Source: Aeropyrum pernix K1
Lineage (GTDB): Archaea; Thermoproteota; Thermoprotei_A; Sulfolobales; Acidilobaceae
Assembly: GCF_000011125.1 (NCBI RefSeq)
Contig: NC_000854.2
Location: forward strand, 1,620,001 to 1,652,000
Direction of reading: 5' to 3'
Length of the DNA stretch: 32,000 bases
Positions 14,989 to 24,099 of this stretch are shown here, piece by piece. The notes beneath the pieces were generated by a model. The model searched no databases and was not told where the DNA came from. It worked only from the letters and a program-made list of their open reading frames with translations. Made by a program: the position numbers and the translations under genes. Within the stretch, counting starts at the first letter, position 1. Each line of letters opens with the position of its first letter.

Positions 14989-16161
14989 CTATCCCGGTGC
15001 CTCAACACCCTGTACGCATTCCGGCCATCCAACGGTGGTAGCTCGCTCTAGAATTTCGATTGAGAGGGCTGGATGAATCTCCGCCCACATTCCATGATCC
15101 GTGTCGAAGACGTAGACCCCGGTTACCCTCAACAGGTCGCCGGGACACACTCCGCCGCCTAGCAGACCGAGGACCTCGAAGTAGTCTCCGGGGACTACCT
15201 CTATGTGTAGCCCCCCTTTCCGGAGAAGTATGTTGCCTAGTCCAAGCAACCATCTTTCTTTAGGATCAATGTCAAATACGTAGTCACCATCCCCTGCGAA
15301 GCTCGGAATGTTTGATACCCTACCTTCGACCGTGAGGCACGTGTCCACTATCCTAAGCCTCTCCGGTGTGTGGGTTTCGGCGAACACGTTTTCGGCTGGA
15401 GGGCATTCTCCAGGCTCCAGTTGCGCCCATCTACCGTCGGTATAGTTCGTTGGGTTGAAGGGATTGAGAGCCGCTTTTGAGTTGAAAAGCAGTGCACTAC
15501 CGCCTAATAATACTCCGGCAGCTAGAAGGAATACGCCCAGAAGAGGGATGGCTCTCGAGTAGGCCTTGCCGATCAGGATCTTATCATGGAGGTAGAGTAG
15601 GGCCACAACCGCGACCGAGGCGACTAACGCTGGCACTGAGAGTAGCGAGTAGGTCGCCAGCCAGTAGAGGATTAGGGCTGAGCCTGCTAGAAAAGCCCCT
15701 GCCGAGTCGCCCCTGCTAGCGGACTTGAAGGCTGTGTAAGCGAAGGGTGCTGTGAAAACCCCATAGATAGCTAGGGAGGCGTGTATACCGTCATCTCCAT
15801 AATACAGGACTGCCACGGTTAGCGCCAGCAGCTGCTCAACACCGGCCAGGACAACGGCGGCAGTGGCAGGCCCGCCTCCCCGAGATAAAACCCCTGCTGC
15901 ATACACGCCGATGGGACGTAGTAAGAGGCTTACGAGGGCTACTACGGGGAAGACTGCCTTTGAGAGAACCAGGAGGGGGAGGGCTAGTGTATGGGCGGCC
16001 AAGATATATAGTGCCGCGTCCCTCGGCCTGTACGCCATAACCGCATAATACTCTACCGCGAATGTAAGGCCGTACCCGCTTGCCAGGGATGGTGCGTTTG
16101 TCATAGTTGAAATGGATAGTGAAGAGAGGGCTGTGAAGAGGGCGTCACGCTTACTCGGCAT
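14989..16161 (-). CDS. Hypothetical polytopic membrane protein with a C-terminal soluble Cys-containing domain
   Basis: Long ORF with at least 7 hydrophobic segments followed by a soluble domain of about 150 aa. I prefer ATG 16161 (MPSKRD...) because GGAGGTG lies about 13 nt upstream. The track's TTG start is at 16185. Confidence 0.6.
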   Translation of the reverse strand: MPSKRDALFTALSSLSISTMTNAPSLASGYGLTFAVEYYAVMAYRPRDAALYILAAHTLALPLLVLSKAVFPVVALVSLLLRPIGVYAAGVLSRGGGPATAAVVLAGVEQLLALTVAVLYYGDDGIHASLAIYGVFTAPFAYTAFKSASRGDSAGAFLAGSALILYWLATYSLLSVPALVASVAVVALLYLHDKILIGKAYSRAIPLLGVFLLAAGVLLGGSALLFNSKAALNPFNPTNYTDGRWAQLEPGECPPAENVFAETHTPERLRIVDTCLTVEGRVSNIPSFAGDGDYVFDIDPKERWLLGLGNILLRKGGLHIEVVPGDYFEVLGLLGGGVCPGDLLRVTGVYVFDTDHGMWAEIHPALSIEILERATTVGWPECVQGVEAPG

Positions 16162-16274
16162 TATATGGCAGACACCTCCAGGCAACTATTGTTTACCGGG
16201 TTTGAAAGAAGCGATTACCTTGGAGAGCGGTATATACCAGAAAGCTGTTTCCCGGATCTGCAAAATCTTCTCAA

Positions 16275-17468
16275 TCACCCAGCGAAACTCTCTAGGAAGT
16301 TTAGTGTCAGTGCCACTGACTTCTTAAAAGATTCCCGGTTTTCATGGCCCAACCCGAGTCTGATGGTGCCCGGTAGTTTGAAGCACTCTCCAGGGTTCAC
16401 TAGTATACTGTGGGTTTGGTAGAGCTTGTATGCGAAGCTCAGCGTGTCACCCACGGTAGTTTCGACTAGGGCGTAGGCACCGGCGTCCGGACGCCACAGC
16501 TTGGCCGTTCTAAACCTGGTCGTGAGGTCCTCGAGGATTTCCAGGTTGGAGAGGACTATCCTCCTTCCCCTCTCGGCGAGCTTTTTCCAGACTCCTTTCT
16601 CTAGGATCTGCTCGGCTATGTGCTCGCTGGGCTTGGGTGGAGAGATTGTTGTGTAGTCTTTTACCATCCACATTCTATCCCTAAGCCTCCTCGAGGTTGC
16701 TGCTGCCCATCCTATCCTCAGTCCTGGGAGGCCGTAGACTTTCGATAGCCCTGAGACCGATATCGCGTGGGCCCCCTGCTCTAGGGCTGGTTCTAGGACT
16801 GTCGGTGCTGGCTCTGTAGAGTGCTCTAGGCCCCTGTACAGCTCGTCGAACACTAGTATGGAGCCTGTTCTCGCGGCTTCCGCCGCTATCTCGCCCAGAG
16901 CCTTGGGGCCGGCGACAGAGCCGGTGGGATTGTTTGGGTTGGTTATGAAGACAGCCCTGGGCTTCTCTCTCTTTATCAATTCCGCGTAGAGGCCTGGGTC
17001 TAGCTTCCATCGGTGCTCCCGCTTACGCCACGCCTCCAGTATTCTTGCCCCTCTCATCCTGAGGAGACCGTGTATCTGCATGTAATTGGGCATGTCGAAT
17101 AAAACCCTGTCCCCGGGGGCTACTAGGGATATAACCGAGAGTAAGTTCGCCTCGGCGGAGCCAGTGGTTATTATCACTTGTTCGCTATCCACAAGCCCCC
17201 TGTAGTATACGCTCGCCACACTCTCTCTAAGCCCCGGCTCGCCGAGGGTCCACCCGTACCCGAGCACAGCACTCCGGACGTCAAGGTCTACTCCCAGCTC
17301 GGTGAGCATCTCCGCTGCAGGAGGCTCTACACCGCTCTCGCTAAGGAGATATTTAGCACTGTTCTCGAGGGTACTCTGCCACCTCTCCAGGCAGAAGACG
17401 GGCAGGCCGGGGGCAGCCTCCCCCTCTGTGAGGAACTCCCTGTCTAAAGGATTTGCAGGGTTATCCAC
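16275..17468 (-). CDS. Class I/II PLP-dependent aminotransferase
   Basis: 397 aa. NPNNPTG, DELY, SGLSKVYGLPGLRIGW (PLP lysine), and a C-terminal RLGLG-type segment. Confidence 0.85.
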   Translation of the reverse strand: MDNPANPLDREFLTEGEAAPGLPVFCLERWQSTLENSAKYLLSESGVEPPAAEMLTELGVDLDVRSAVLGYGWTLGEPGLRESVASVYYRGLVDSEQVIITTGSAEANLLSVISLVAPGDRVLFDMPNYMQIHGLLRMRGARILEAWRKREHRWKLDPGLYAELIKREKPRAVFITNPNNPTGSVAGPKALGEIAAEAARTGSILVFDELYRGLEHSTEPAPTVLEPALEQGAHAISVSGLSKVYGLPGLRIGWAAATSRRLRDRMWMVKDYTTISPPKPSEHIAEQILEKGVWKKLAERGRRIVLSNLEILEDLTTRFRTAKLWRPDAGAYALVETTVGDTLSFAYKLYQTHSILVNPGECFKLPGTIRLGLGHENRESFKKSVALTLNFLESFAG

Positions 17469-17527
17469 GAGACGGACACCACATCAGTTTAGATAAGGGC
17501 TTCGCCTTAATAGACGGTCACAGTAAA

Positions 17528-18424
17528 ATGGTATTCCACCCGATAGATATGTACGGGTGTTCTGGCTTAGCCGGCGGTACACAGGGAGGAGGCGCAGCGG
17601 GTGTACCGAATGATGTTAAATTACGCTGGTACAGGATAAGGCCCCCTCTAGTCAAGAGGAGCGGCATAACCGGGTGGGCTATAAACTTTGCGGTAGGGTG
17701 TACCCACGCATGTCCCTTCTGTTATGTCGACGCCATAAACAGGAGGTATCCCCGGAGGGGGCTTGAGGACCTCATAACTTCTACAGGCTGGGGAGGCTAT
17801 CTAGCGGTTCCCACTAACATCTTGGAGGCGATAAAGGAGACGCCGTGGTGGAGGTGGCGGGGTAGGGAGGTTTTCATGAGCAGCGCACACGACCCCTACC
17901 TGCCAGCATTGGCTCGGTGGGCCCGGGAGATTCTTAGGAGGGCGCTCCCAGCCGGGCTCAGAATAATACTGCACACTAGGAGTATCCTCTACAAGCGCGA
18001 TCTAAGGATGTTCGAGCAGTATAGAGATAGGATTAGGATCCACGCCTCCGTGGCTACAATGAGCAGGCTTCACAGGATAATCGAGCCAAGAGCCCCTCCT
18101 CCCCGTGTAAGGGTTAGAGTTCTGGCCGAGGCTTCCTCGAGAGGCTTGTCTACAGGAGCCTCCATATCACCTATACTCCCTCCAAACAAGTACAACCCCG
18201 ACGTGTACAATGACCTCCTTGCAGTAGCAGAGGCTCTAGCAGAGGCGGGGGTCGAGGTTGTATACGGGGAGAGCCTCCACAAGAGGGGTGATAACGTGAT
18301 GAGGCTCTCAAGCCTTCTGGGCACGGATTTGAACCTGAGAGGGTGGGACAGGCATGCCGAGAAGCTCTTCTACAGGGCTATCGGAGAGTACGGATTAAGG
18401 GGAGTATGGATTCCCGAGTGGTAG
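17528..18424 (+). CDS. Radical SAM protein, SplB/DNA-photolyase-like (COG1533-like)
   Basis: NFAVGCTHACPFCYV carries the C-x3-C-x2-C radical SAM motif. The track start at 17453 overlaps the divergent aminotransferase start, so the first ATG at 17528 is preferred. Confidence 0.65.
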   Translation: MVFHPIDMYGCSGLAGGTQGGGAAGVPNDVKLRWYRIRPPLVKRSGITGWAINFAVGCTHACPFCYVDAINRRYPRRGLEDLITSTGWGGYLAVPTNILEAIKETPWWRWRGREVFMSSAHDPYLPALARWAREILRRALPAGLRIILHTRSILYKRDLRMFEQYRDRIRIHASVATMSRLHRIIEPRAPPPRVRVRVLAEASSRGLSTGASISPILPPNKYNPDVYNDLLAVAEALAEAGVEVVYGESLHKRGDNVMRLSSLLGTDLNLRGWDRHAEKLFYRAIGEYGLRGVWIPEW

Positions 18425-18432
18425 CCGGCTTC

Positions 18433-19284
18433 TCAGGCCTCCTTCACCCCGTTTATGGCCAGTGTGTAGCCAGCCGCCAGCAGGAATAGCGTTAGGACGG
18501 CTAGATAAGCTATCGACATTACCGGATCTTCCAGCGGCTTCCCCACAAGGTAGTATCTCACAAGGTCGGCCGCATGAGTGATCGGGTTTACCTGGGCTAC
18601 TGTTTTGAGCCAGTTCGGCATGAGGTCTATAGGGAAGAGGGCGCTAGAGCTGAACATGAGTGGTAGGTTGATGAGGTTAGCCAGGGCGAAGAGGACCTCC
18701 TGGTGGGTTATGTTGAAGGCCATGCCTGTGAATAGGGATGAGAGGCCTAGGCTCATGAGCATGAGCACCAGCCACGCCATTACGAGGTCAATTATGGTTA
18801 TACCGGGCTTGAGATGAAGCCCTAGGGGATAGGCTATAGCGAGGAGTATGAGGCTCAGCACGGTTATCCTGAACAGCGTGCCCAGGACCTTGGAGGCGAA
18901 TATGCTGAACCTGGGTATGGGGGAGGCGAGAAGCCTGGTTAGATAGCCTATCCTCCTGTCGAAGACGACCCCCACAGCCCCGAACATGCTCTGGAAGAGG
19001 CTGAACACTGCAAGCATACCTGTTGCAACGTATGTAAAGTAGTCTTGCGTCCCAAAAACGCTCTCGAGCCTCCAGGCCATAACAGTCCTGAGAGCCTCGG
19101 CCACCGCCGGATTTAGACTGGGATCGCTTGTTTGGACGAGGTTGTACAGGTTGAAGCTCTTCCCGAAAAGGGCTATCCAGAAGATGGGTGTGATTATGCT
19201 GACTAGGAGGACCGACCTCCGATTAACCCACTTGATTATTTCCCTCTTCGTTAGGATGAGGGTGGATACGATGATCTCCGCCAT
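18433..19284 (-). CDS. ABC-2 type exporter permease
   Basis: 283 aa with about 6 TM segments. Lies 1 nt downstream of an ABC ATPase. General ABC-2 (DrrB-like) appearance. Confidence 0.75.
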   Translation of the reverse strand: MAEIIVSTLILTKREIIKWVNRRSVLLVSIITPIFWIALFGKSFNLYNLVQTSDPSLNPAVAEALRTVMAWRLESVFGTQDYFTYVATGMLAVFSLFQSMFGAVGVVFDRRIGYLTRLLASPIPRFSIFASKVLGTLFRITVLSLILLAIAYPLGLHLKPGITIIDLVMAWLVLMLMSLGLSSLFTGMAFNITHQEVLFALANLINLPLMFSSSALFPIDLMPNWLKTVAQVNPITHAADLVRYYLVGKPLEDPVMSIAYLAVLTLFLLAAGYTLAINGVKEA

Positions 19285-19285
19285 T

Positions 19286-20287
19286 TCACCTCACCCCCCT
19301 GATCATCCTCCTGTACCTGAATGGGTCCAGGGGCTCTTCGCTCCCTCCTAGGGTTCTGCCTGTGAGTTCTATGAAGACGTCTTCGAGCGTCGCCCTGGTT
19401 ATGCTGATGGCCTTCACAGGAAAGCCGTTTAGAGCCCTGGCAAGCTCTGGCAACAGAGTGTCAGCCCGGTCTACCCTAACCGCAACCTTGCCCTCCACAA
19501 CGCTGGGTTCAAGGCCTAGTTTCTCTTTCAGTGCGAGTACGAGGGGCTCTGTGTATTCCGGATCCTTCAGCTCGATATAGACTGTCTCTCCCTTAACTCT
19601 AGCCTTCAGCTCTTCTGGAGTGCCCTCGGCAACGATTCTCCCCCTATCTATGATCGCCACCCTGTCTGAGAGCATCTCAGCCTCCTCCATGTAGTGTGTG
19701 GTTAGTAGTATGGTCACGGCGCTCCTTTTGAGGTCCTCGATATACCTCCACAGGCTTCTCCTCGAGTGGACGTCGAGGCCCAGGGTGGGCTCGTCCAGGA
19801 AGAGGACCTTAGGGCTGTGGACGAGGCTCATTGCTATCTCAAGCTTTCTCCTCATACCACCGCTGTATGTAGCCACCCTCCTGTGAGCCGCCTCCATAAG
19901 GTCGAGATAATCGAGGACCTCCCTAGTCCTCTCCCTTGCCTCGCTCGATGGCAGGCCGTAGAGCCTCGCCTGTATATACACGTTGTCCCAGCCGCTCATC
20001 TCATCATCAGCTGTCAGGTCCTGAGGGACTAGGCCTATGACCCTCCTAACATTTCCCGGCTCCCTCACTATACTGTAGCCAGCTATCCAAGCCTCGCCGC
20101 TTGTCGGCCTCAGGAGGGTACTCAGCATCTTTATAGTGGTAGTCTTGCCTGCGCCGTTAGGGCCTAGGAGGGAGAACAGCTCTCCCCTGGCTATCCTAAA
20201 GCTCACTCCGTCAACCGCCCTGAAGCCGCCATAATCTTTCACAAGCTCCTCAGCCACTACCATAGCTTCGCTTTCCAACGCGTTCAC
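19286..20287 (-). CDS. ABC transporter ATP-binding protein (DrrA-like)
   Basis: GPNGAGKTT (Walker A), SGGMRRKLEIA (signature), LFLDEPTLGLD (Walker B), and a C-terminal accessory domain. The real start may be the internal ATG (MVVAEEL...). Confidence 0.9.
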   Translation of the reverse strand: MNALESEAMVVAEELVKDYGGFRAVDGVSFRIARGELFSLLGPNGAGKTTTIKMLSTLLRPTSGEAWIAGYSIVREPGNVRRVIGLVPQDLTADDEMSGWDNVYIQARLYGLPSSEARERTREVLDYLDLMEAAHRRVATYSGGMRRKLEIAMSLVHSPKVLFLDEPTLGLDVHSRRSLWRYIEDLKRSAVTILLTTHYMEEAEMLSDRVAIIDRGRIVAEGTPEELKARVKGETVYIELKDPEYTEPLVLALKEKLGLEPSVVEGKVAVRVDRADTLLPELARALNGFPVKAISITRATLEDVFIELTGRTLGGSEEPLDPFRYRRMIRGVR

Positions 20288-20462
20288 CTTACTCTAAACC
20301 ATAACGAGTATTTCTAAAGTATATATATCTAAACCCAAGATAATATCTTTGGCTGTATGCTGGCTAACACGAGGACCTCGCCCGGGGCGGACCATATATT
20401 AGTAAGCCTGCTTACATGTAACTATAAGCTGGTTCAACGCAATCCCCTGATGGTGGCAAGTC

Positions 20463-21254
20463 GTGAGGAGGATTGGCCTGGAAGCTCTGGAACGCGTCCT
20501 CTACCCGGTCATACCTGTTGTGGTTACCGCAGAACACCAGGGCCGTGTAGGTGGTATGCTTGCTGCATGGTGGATGCAAGCCTCCTTCACACCCCCTATC
20601 CTGGCGGTGGCTATCGCTCCCGAGAGGTATACGTACAAGCTTGTACGTGAGAGCGGGGTATTCGCTTTCAACCTTCTAGACTTCAAGCTCGTAGATAAGG
20701 CTCCATTCCTAGGCGACGTGTCTGAGAGGCTACTGCCGGGTAAGATAAGGGAGGCTGGGTTAAACATTGTGAGAGGCGAGGTCCTAGGGGCTCCCCTGAT
20801 AGCTGAGGCTTCCGCTGCTGTTGAGCTTGAGCTTGTTGATGTCGTTGAGGCGGGTGACCACGACGTATTCCTAGGTGAGGCGAAGGCTGTTTACACCGTC
20901 GACGACTTCCGCGGGGGGATGTGGAGCCTGGAAACCTATAGGCCGCTGATGTATCTTGGCAGGACGAGGAGGCCCGGCCCGGTGTACAGGGTATACCTCA
21001 CTCCCCGGGGGTGGGAGAGAAGGGAGATCGAGTTCGCGGGCGGCAAGCTTAAACCACTGGCCGAGAAGAGGGTACGCCTGATCAGCAGGGTAGAGGAGGC
21101 TGTTAAGGCCAGTTCGAGCAGGGAGGAGGCTGTGGACGCCGTAAGAAGAATTCTCTCCGAGGAAGGCCTGGATCCAAGTGACGCGGAGTATCTCGTTGAG
21201 GACGCCCTCCGGAGGGCTAAGAGTTACCGGAGAAGGGGGCAGAGCAGCTCTTAG
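20463..21254 (+). CDS. Flavin reductase-like (FMN-binding split-barrel) protein with a charged C-terminal extension of about 100 aa
   Basis: The N-terminal ~160 aa (VVVTAEHQGRVGGMLAAWWMQASFTPPILAVAI...FAFNLL...GDHDVFLGE) fits the flavin reductase domain pattern. The remainder is Arg/Glu-rich and helical-looking. Confidence 0.7.
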   Translation: MRRIGLEALERVLYPVIPVVVTAEHQGRVGGMLAAWWMQASFTPPILAVAIAPERYTYKLVRESGVFAFNLLDFKLVDKAPFLGDVSERLLPGKIREAGLNIVRGEVLGAPLIAEASAAVELELVDVVEAGDHDVFLGEAKAVYTVDDFRGGMWSLETYRPLMYLGRTRRPGPVYRVYLTPRGWERREIEFAGGKLKPLAEKRVRLISRVEEAVKASSSREEAVDAVRRILSEEGLDPSDAEYLVEDALRRAKSYRRRGQSSS

Positions 21255-21522
21255 GAGTCTTTGGCAGCTTTATTCTGAGGCTCTCTTGCATCGGAAAGTC
21301 TAGCTATGTAACTGTTCCCCCTTTACTCCGTCCGATTTCTATGCTTTATCCCGATCGTGGGGGTCGCGATTGTCCAATTTTTAGCCGCATATTGCGGTAG
21401 CTAACTTGGTTTAAACCTTTCGTTGTAAGCTTGCAAATGTGTGTTTATGGTGGGCGGGTATTAGCGCCGTCCAACACCATATATGCCTTGGTGTATGGGG
21501 AGTGGGCGTCTCAGTGAGGCTA

Positions 21523-22656
21523 ATGTACATGAGGGATGCCGACCCCCACCTCTTCAACCTACCAGCGGTGCTAGCTCATGCGTTCTCCTCAGGGGAGCTA
21601 GACTGGTTTGAACCGCTACTCATGGTTATGGAAGGGTTTAGCAGGCCCTTCACCTACATGGGCTATTATCAGGATGTCGACAGGGAGGTAGACCTTTCAA
21701 GCATGGAGAAGTATGGCGTGGAGCTTGTTAGGAGGTGGAAGCTAGGTTATGGAAACATTTTCATGGACCGTGTAACAGGCGCCTGGGCTCTAGCGATGCC
21801 ATCCCCCCTTTACCAGGAGTTCTTTAAAACCGCCAACGAAGCCTTCGACATACTTGTCGGCAGGGTGTTTCTCGATACAGTTAGGAAGCTTGGAGTGGAG
21901 AACTCGTACTACGCTCCTCCCAACGACATTAGGGTTAGGATAGACGAGAGTAGGAGCAAGAAGCTGTGCGGCACGGGAGTAGATATAGCCGGCGTGGGCG
22001 GTGATAGGAGCGCACTCTACTTCAACGCGTTTACGAACCTCCGCCACCCCGATCCCGAGCTGCCCTTCAAGGTCCTCAAGATACCCCGGGAGAAGATAAT
22101 AGAGAAGGGGTTCACGGATCCTAGGGAGTACTTTGCTTCTATAGAGGTTGACGGGGGCAGGCCTCCAAAGCCTGGTGAGTTCCGCGATATTCTGGTGGAG
22201 ACAGTCAGAGAGGTTATGGGTGTTGAGGTCGTGGAGGCAGGGCTTTCAAAGGAGGAGAAGATTATATGGGATAGGTATAAGGAGATGCTAACGTCCAGCA
22301 GGTTCAAGATGAGGAGGTCCACGAGACTGTTTAAAGCGTCAATGCCGCCCGGTACCCGATACGGCTTTGCCCAGATAAAGTACCGGAAGCTGGTGCAGGC
22401 TTCTGTAGCCGTTGACAGCGAGGGCATTATAAGAGCCGCCATGATCACCGGGGACTTCCAGCTGATACCGGCAGATGCTGACGAGGAGATAGTTAAGGCT
22501 ATACTTGGCTTTAAGCACAGCCAGTATGGCGAGGCTGCTGATAGGGTGAGGAGGCTTGTGGATGAGAGGGGGATTATGATAATAGGGGCTAGCGCAGAGG
22601 AGTTTATCAAGCCTGTTTTCTTAGCCGCGGAAAAAGCTTTGGAAGGAGGGGAGTAG
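21523..22656 (+). CDS. Lipoate-protein ligase A family (BPL_LplA_LipB) protein, divergent
   Basis: YMGYYQDVDREVDLSSMEKYGVELVRRWKLGYGNIFMD and SKKLCGTG align with remembered Thermoplasma/E. coli LplA segments (IIGYFQ...RRxxGGGAVxHD; KxSGSA). The start is ambiguous: GTG 21439 in the track versus ATG 21523. Confidence 0.5.
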   Translation: MYMRDADPHLFNLPAVLAHAFSSGELDWFEPLLMVMEGFSRPFTYMGYYQDVDREVDLSSMEKYGVELVRRWKLGYGNIFMDRVTGAWALAMPSPLYQEFFKTANEAFDILVGRVFLDTVRKLGVENSYYAPPNDIRVRIDESRSKKLCGTGVDIAGVGGDRSALYFNAFTNLRHPDPELPFKVLKIPREKIIEKGFTDPREYFASIEVDGGRPPKPGEFRDILVETVREVMGVEVVEAGLSKEEKIIWDRYKEMLTSSRFKMRRSTRLFKASMPPGTRYGFAQIKYRKLVQASVAVDSEGIIRAAMITGDFQLIPADADEEIVKAILGFKHSQYGEAADRVRRLVDERGIMIIGASAEEFIKPVFLAAEKALEGGE

Positions 22657-22672
22657 GGGTAACCCTACGGGT

Positions 22673-23947
22673 CTACCTTGACCATACTCCCTTTTTAGTG
22701 TCAACCGCGTTCTCGGTTTTCGCCACTATAGTAGTCCCCACGAGGTCTCCTGTAACGTTCACCATTGTCCTGCCCATGTCTAGGATGACGTCTATACCCG
22801 CTATGAGGCCATAGGCTAGAGCTACTGTGGGGTCGGTGAGAGAGAGGCCTAGGGCCTCGAGGACTATGGCTAGCATTATCAATCCCGCCCCGGGGACGCC
22901 GGCGGTGCCTATGGATGCTAGTGTTGCCGCCAGGATTATCGAGAGCTGCTGGCCTATGGATAGGTCTATCCCGAGGGTGTTTGCTATGAAAAGGGCTGCT
23001 ACCGCCTGGTACATGGCCGTGCCGTCCATGTTTATTGTGGCGCCGAGGGGGAGTGTGAAGCTGAATATCCTCCTGTCTATTGCCAGCTCCTCCTCCGCAA
23101 CCTTCATCGTCACCGGGAGGGTGCCGCTGCTGCTCCTTGTTACGAAGGCCGTCGCCATCGCCTCCAGCGCTCCCTTGAAGAATTTCAACGGGCTGAAGCC
23201 GAAGAGCCTGAGTATCAGCGAGTAGACCCCCAGGACGTGTATGGCTAGGCCTATGTAGAGGGTGATCACGACAACGGCTAGAGGACCTAGGACGCCTGGG
23301 CCGGCTGTGGCCACGACATAGCCTATCAGGGCGAAGACGCCTATGGGAGCGTACTCCAGCACGCCCCTAACGATCTTGTACATGGACTCGGCGAGACCGT
23401 CGAACACCCTGTAGACAGTCTCGCCGCCGCTCCTTAGCCTGTCGTCCCGCGAGGACCTCAGCAGCGCTACAGCCACTCCCAGGACTATGGCGAAGAAGAT
23501 TATCTGCAGCACGTTACCCTCGGCCAGAGCCTTGAATGGGTTCGTGGGCACAATGTTTAGGAGGACCTCGCTAATGGGAGGGGGAGGCTTGACCTGTATC
23601 TCCTTCGCCTCCCCAGCCAGCTCCAGCCCGCGGCCAGGCTGGATTATGTTGGCCACAATGAGCCCGATAGTTATGGCGAAAGCTGTAGTGAACAAGTAGT
23701 AGACGAATATCTTGACGCCAACCCTGCCCAGGAGGCTGGCTGAGATACTCGCGGCACCTACTGCGAGGCTGAAGAACACTATGGGGGCCACTAGCATCTT
23801 CAGAAGCCTTATAAACAGGTCGCCCAAGGGCTTGAGATCGACCATCACTCCCCCGATAACGATACCAGCAATTATCCCGAGTACGAACCCAACAGCTATC
23901 TTGTATAGAACCGGAATCTCTATGTAACGCCTAAACACTGTTGACAA
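22673..23947 (-). CDS. Dicarboxylate/amino acid:cation symporter (DAACS, GltP/GltPh family)
   Basis: 424 aa. [12 protein letters not shown] (HP1 SSSxTLP-type), NMDGTAMYQ, and a GVPGAG-containing HP2. TTG start. Confidence 0.9.
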   Translation of the reverse strand: MSTVFRRYIEIPVLYKIAVGFVLGIIAGIVIGGVMVDLKPLGDLFIRLLKMLVAPIVFFSLAVGAASISASLLGRVGVKIFVYYLFTTAFAITIGLIVANIIQPGRGLELAGEAKEIQVKPPPPISEVLLNIVPTNPFKALAEGNVLQIIFFAIVLGVAVALLRSSRDDRLRSGGETVYRVFDGLAESMYKIVRGVLEYAPIGVFALIGYVVATAGPGVLGPLAVVVITLYIGLAIHVLGVYSLILRLFGFSPLKFFKGALEAMATAFVTRSSSGTLPVTMKVAEEELAIDRRIFSFTLPLGATINMDGTAMYQAVAALFIANTLGIDLSIGQQLSIILAATLASIGTAGVPGAGLIMLAIVLEALGLSLTDPTVALAYGLIAGIDVILDMGRTMVNVTGDLVGTTIVAKTENAVDTKKGVWSR

Positions 23948-23983
23948 GAAAACCCACCCCCGACCTCCGGGCTTAAGAAGCCA

Positions 23984-24016
23984 GTCATATATATTGTTCC
24001 GGTCATATATATTGTT
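23984..24016. repeat. Two copies of the 15-mer GTCATATATATTGTT with an 18-bp period in a divergent promoter
   Basis: Copies at 23984-23998 and 24002-24016. Each contains a TATA-like ATATATAT. The repeat lies between the symporter gene (minus) and the MBL gene (plus). Confidence 0.75.
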
Positions 24017-24099
24017 ATTGCAAAGAGGGAGTTTAAACTCGCCCCAGCGACTCCTCTATATTTCTTCGGCCATGCCGTTACCAGGGGTGTTGAGGATGG

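Noticed and set aside
20357-20650. 97-aa plus-strand ORF overlapping the flavin reductase 5' end.
   Set aside because: It is out of frame with the flavin-reductase domain and has a Cys/Pro/Arg/Trp-rich unnatural composition. The region upstream of 20463 is better explained as a divergent promoter (TATATATA at about 20323-20330).
22017-22610. 197-aa minus-strand ORF opposite the LplA-like gene.
   Set aside because: It is a Ser/Ile/Leu-rich antisense shadow. The plus-strand frame has the recognisable family motifs.
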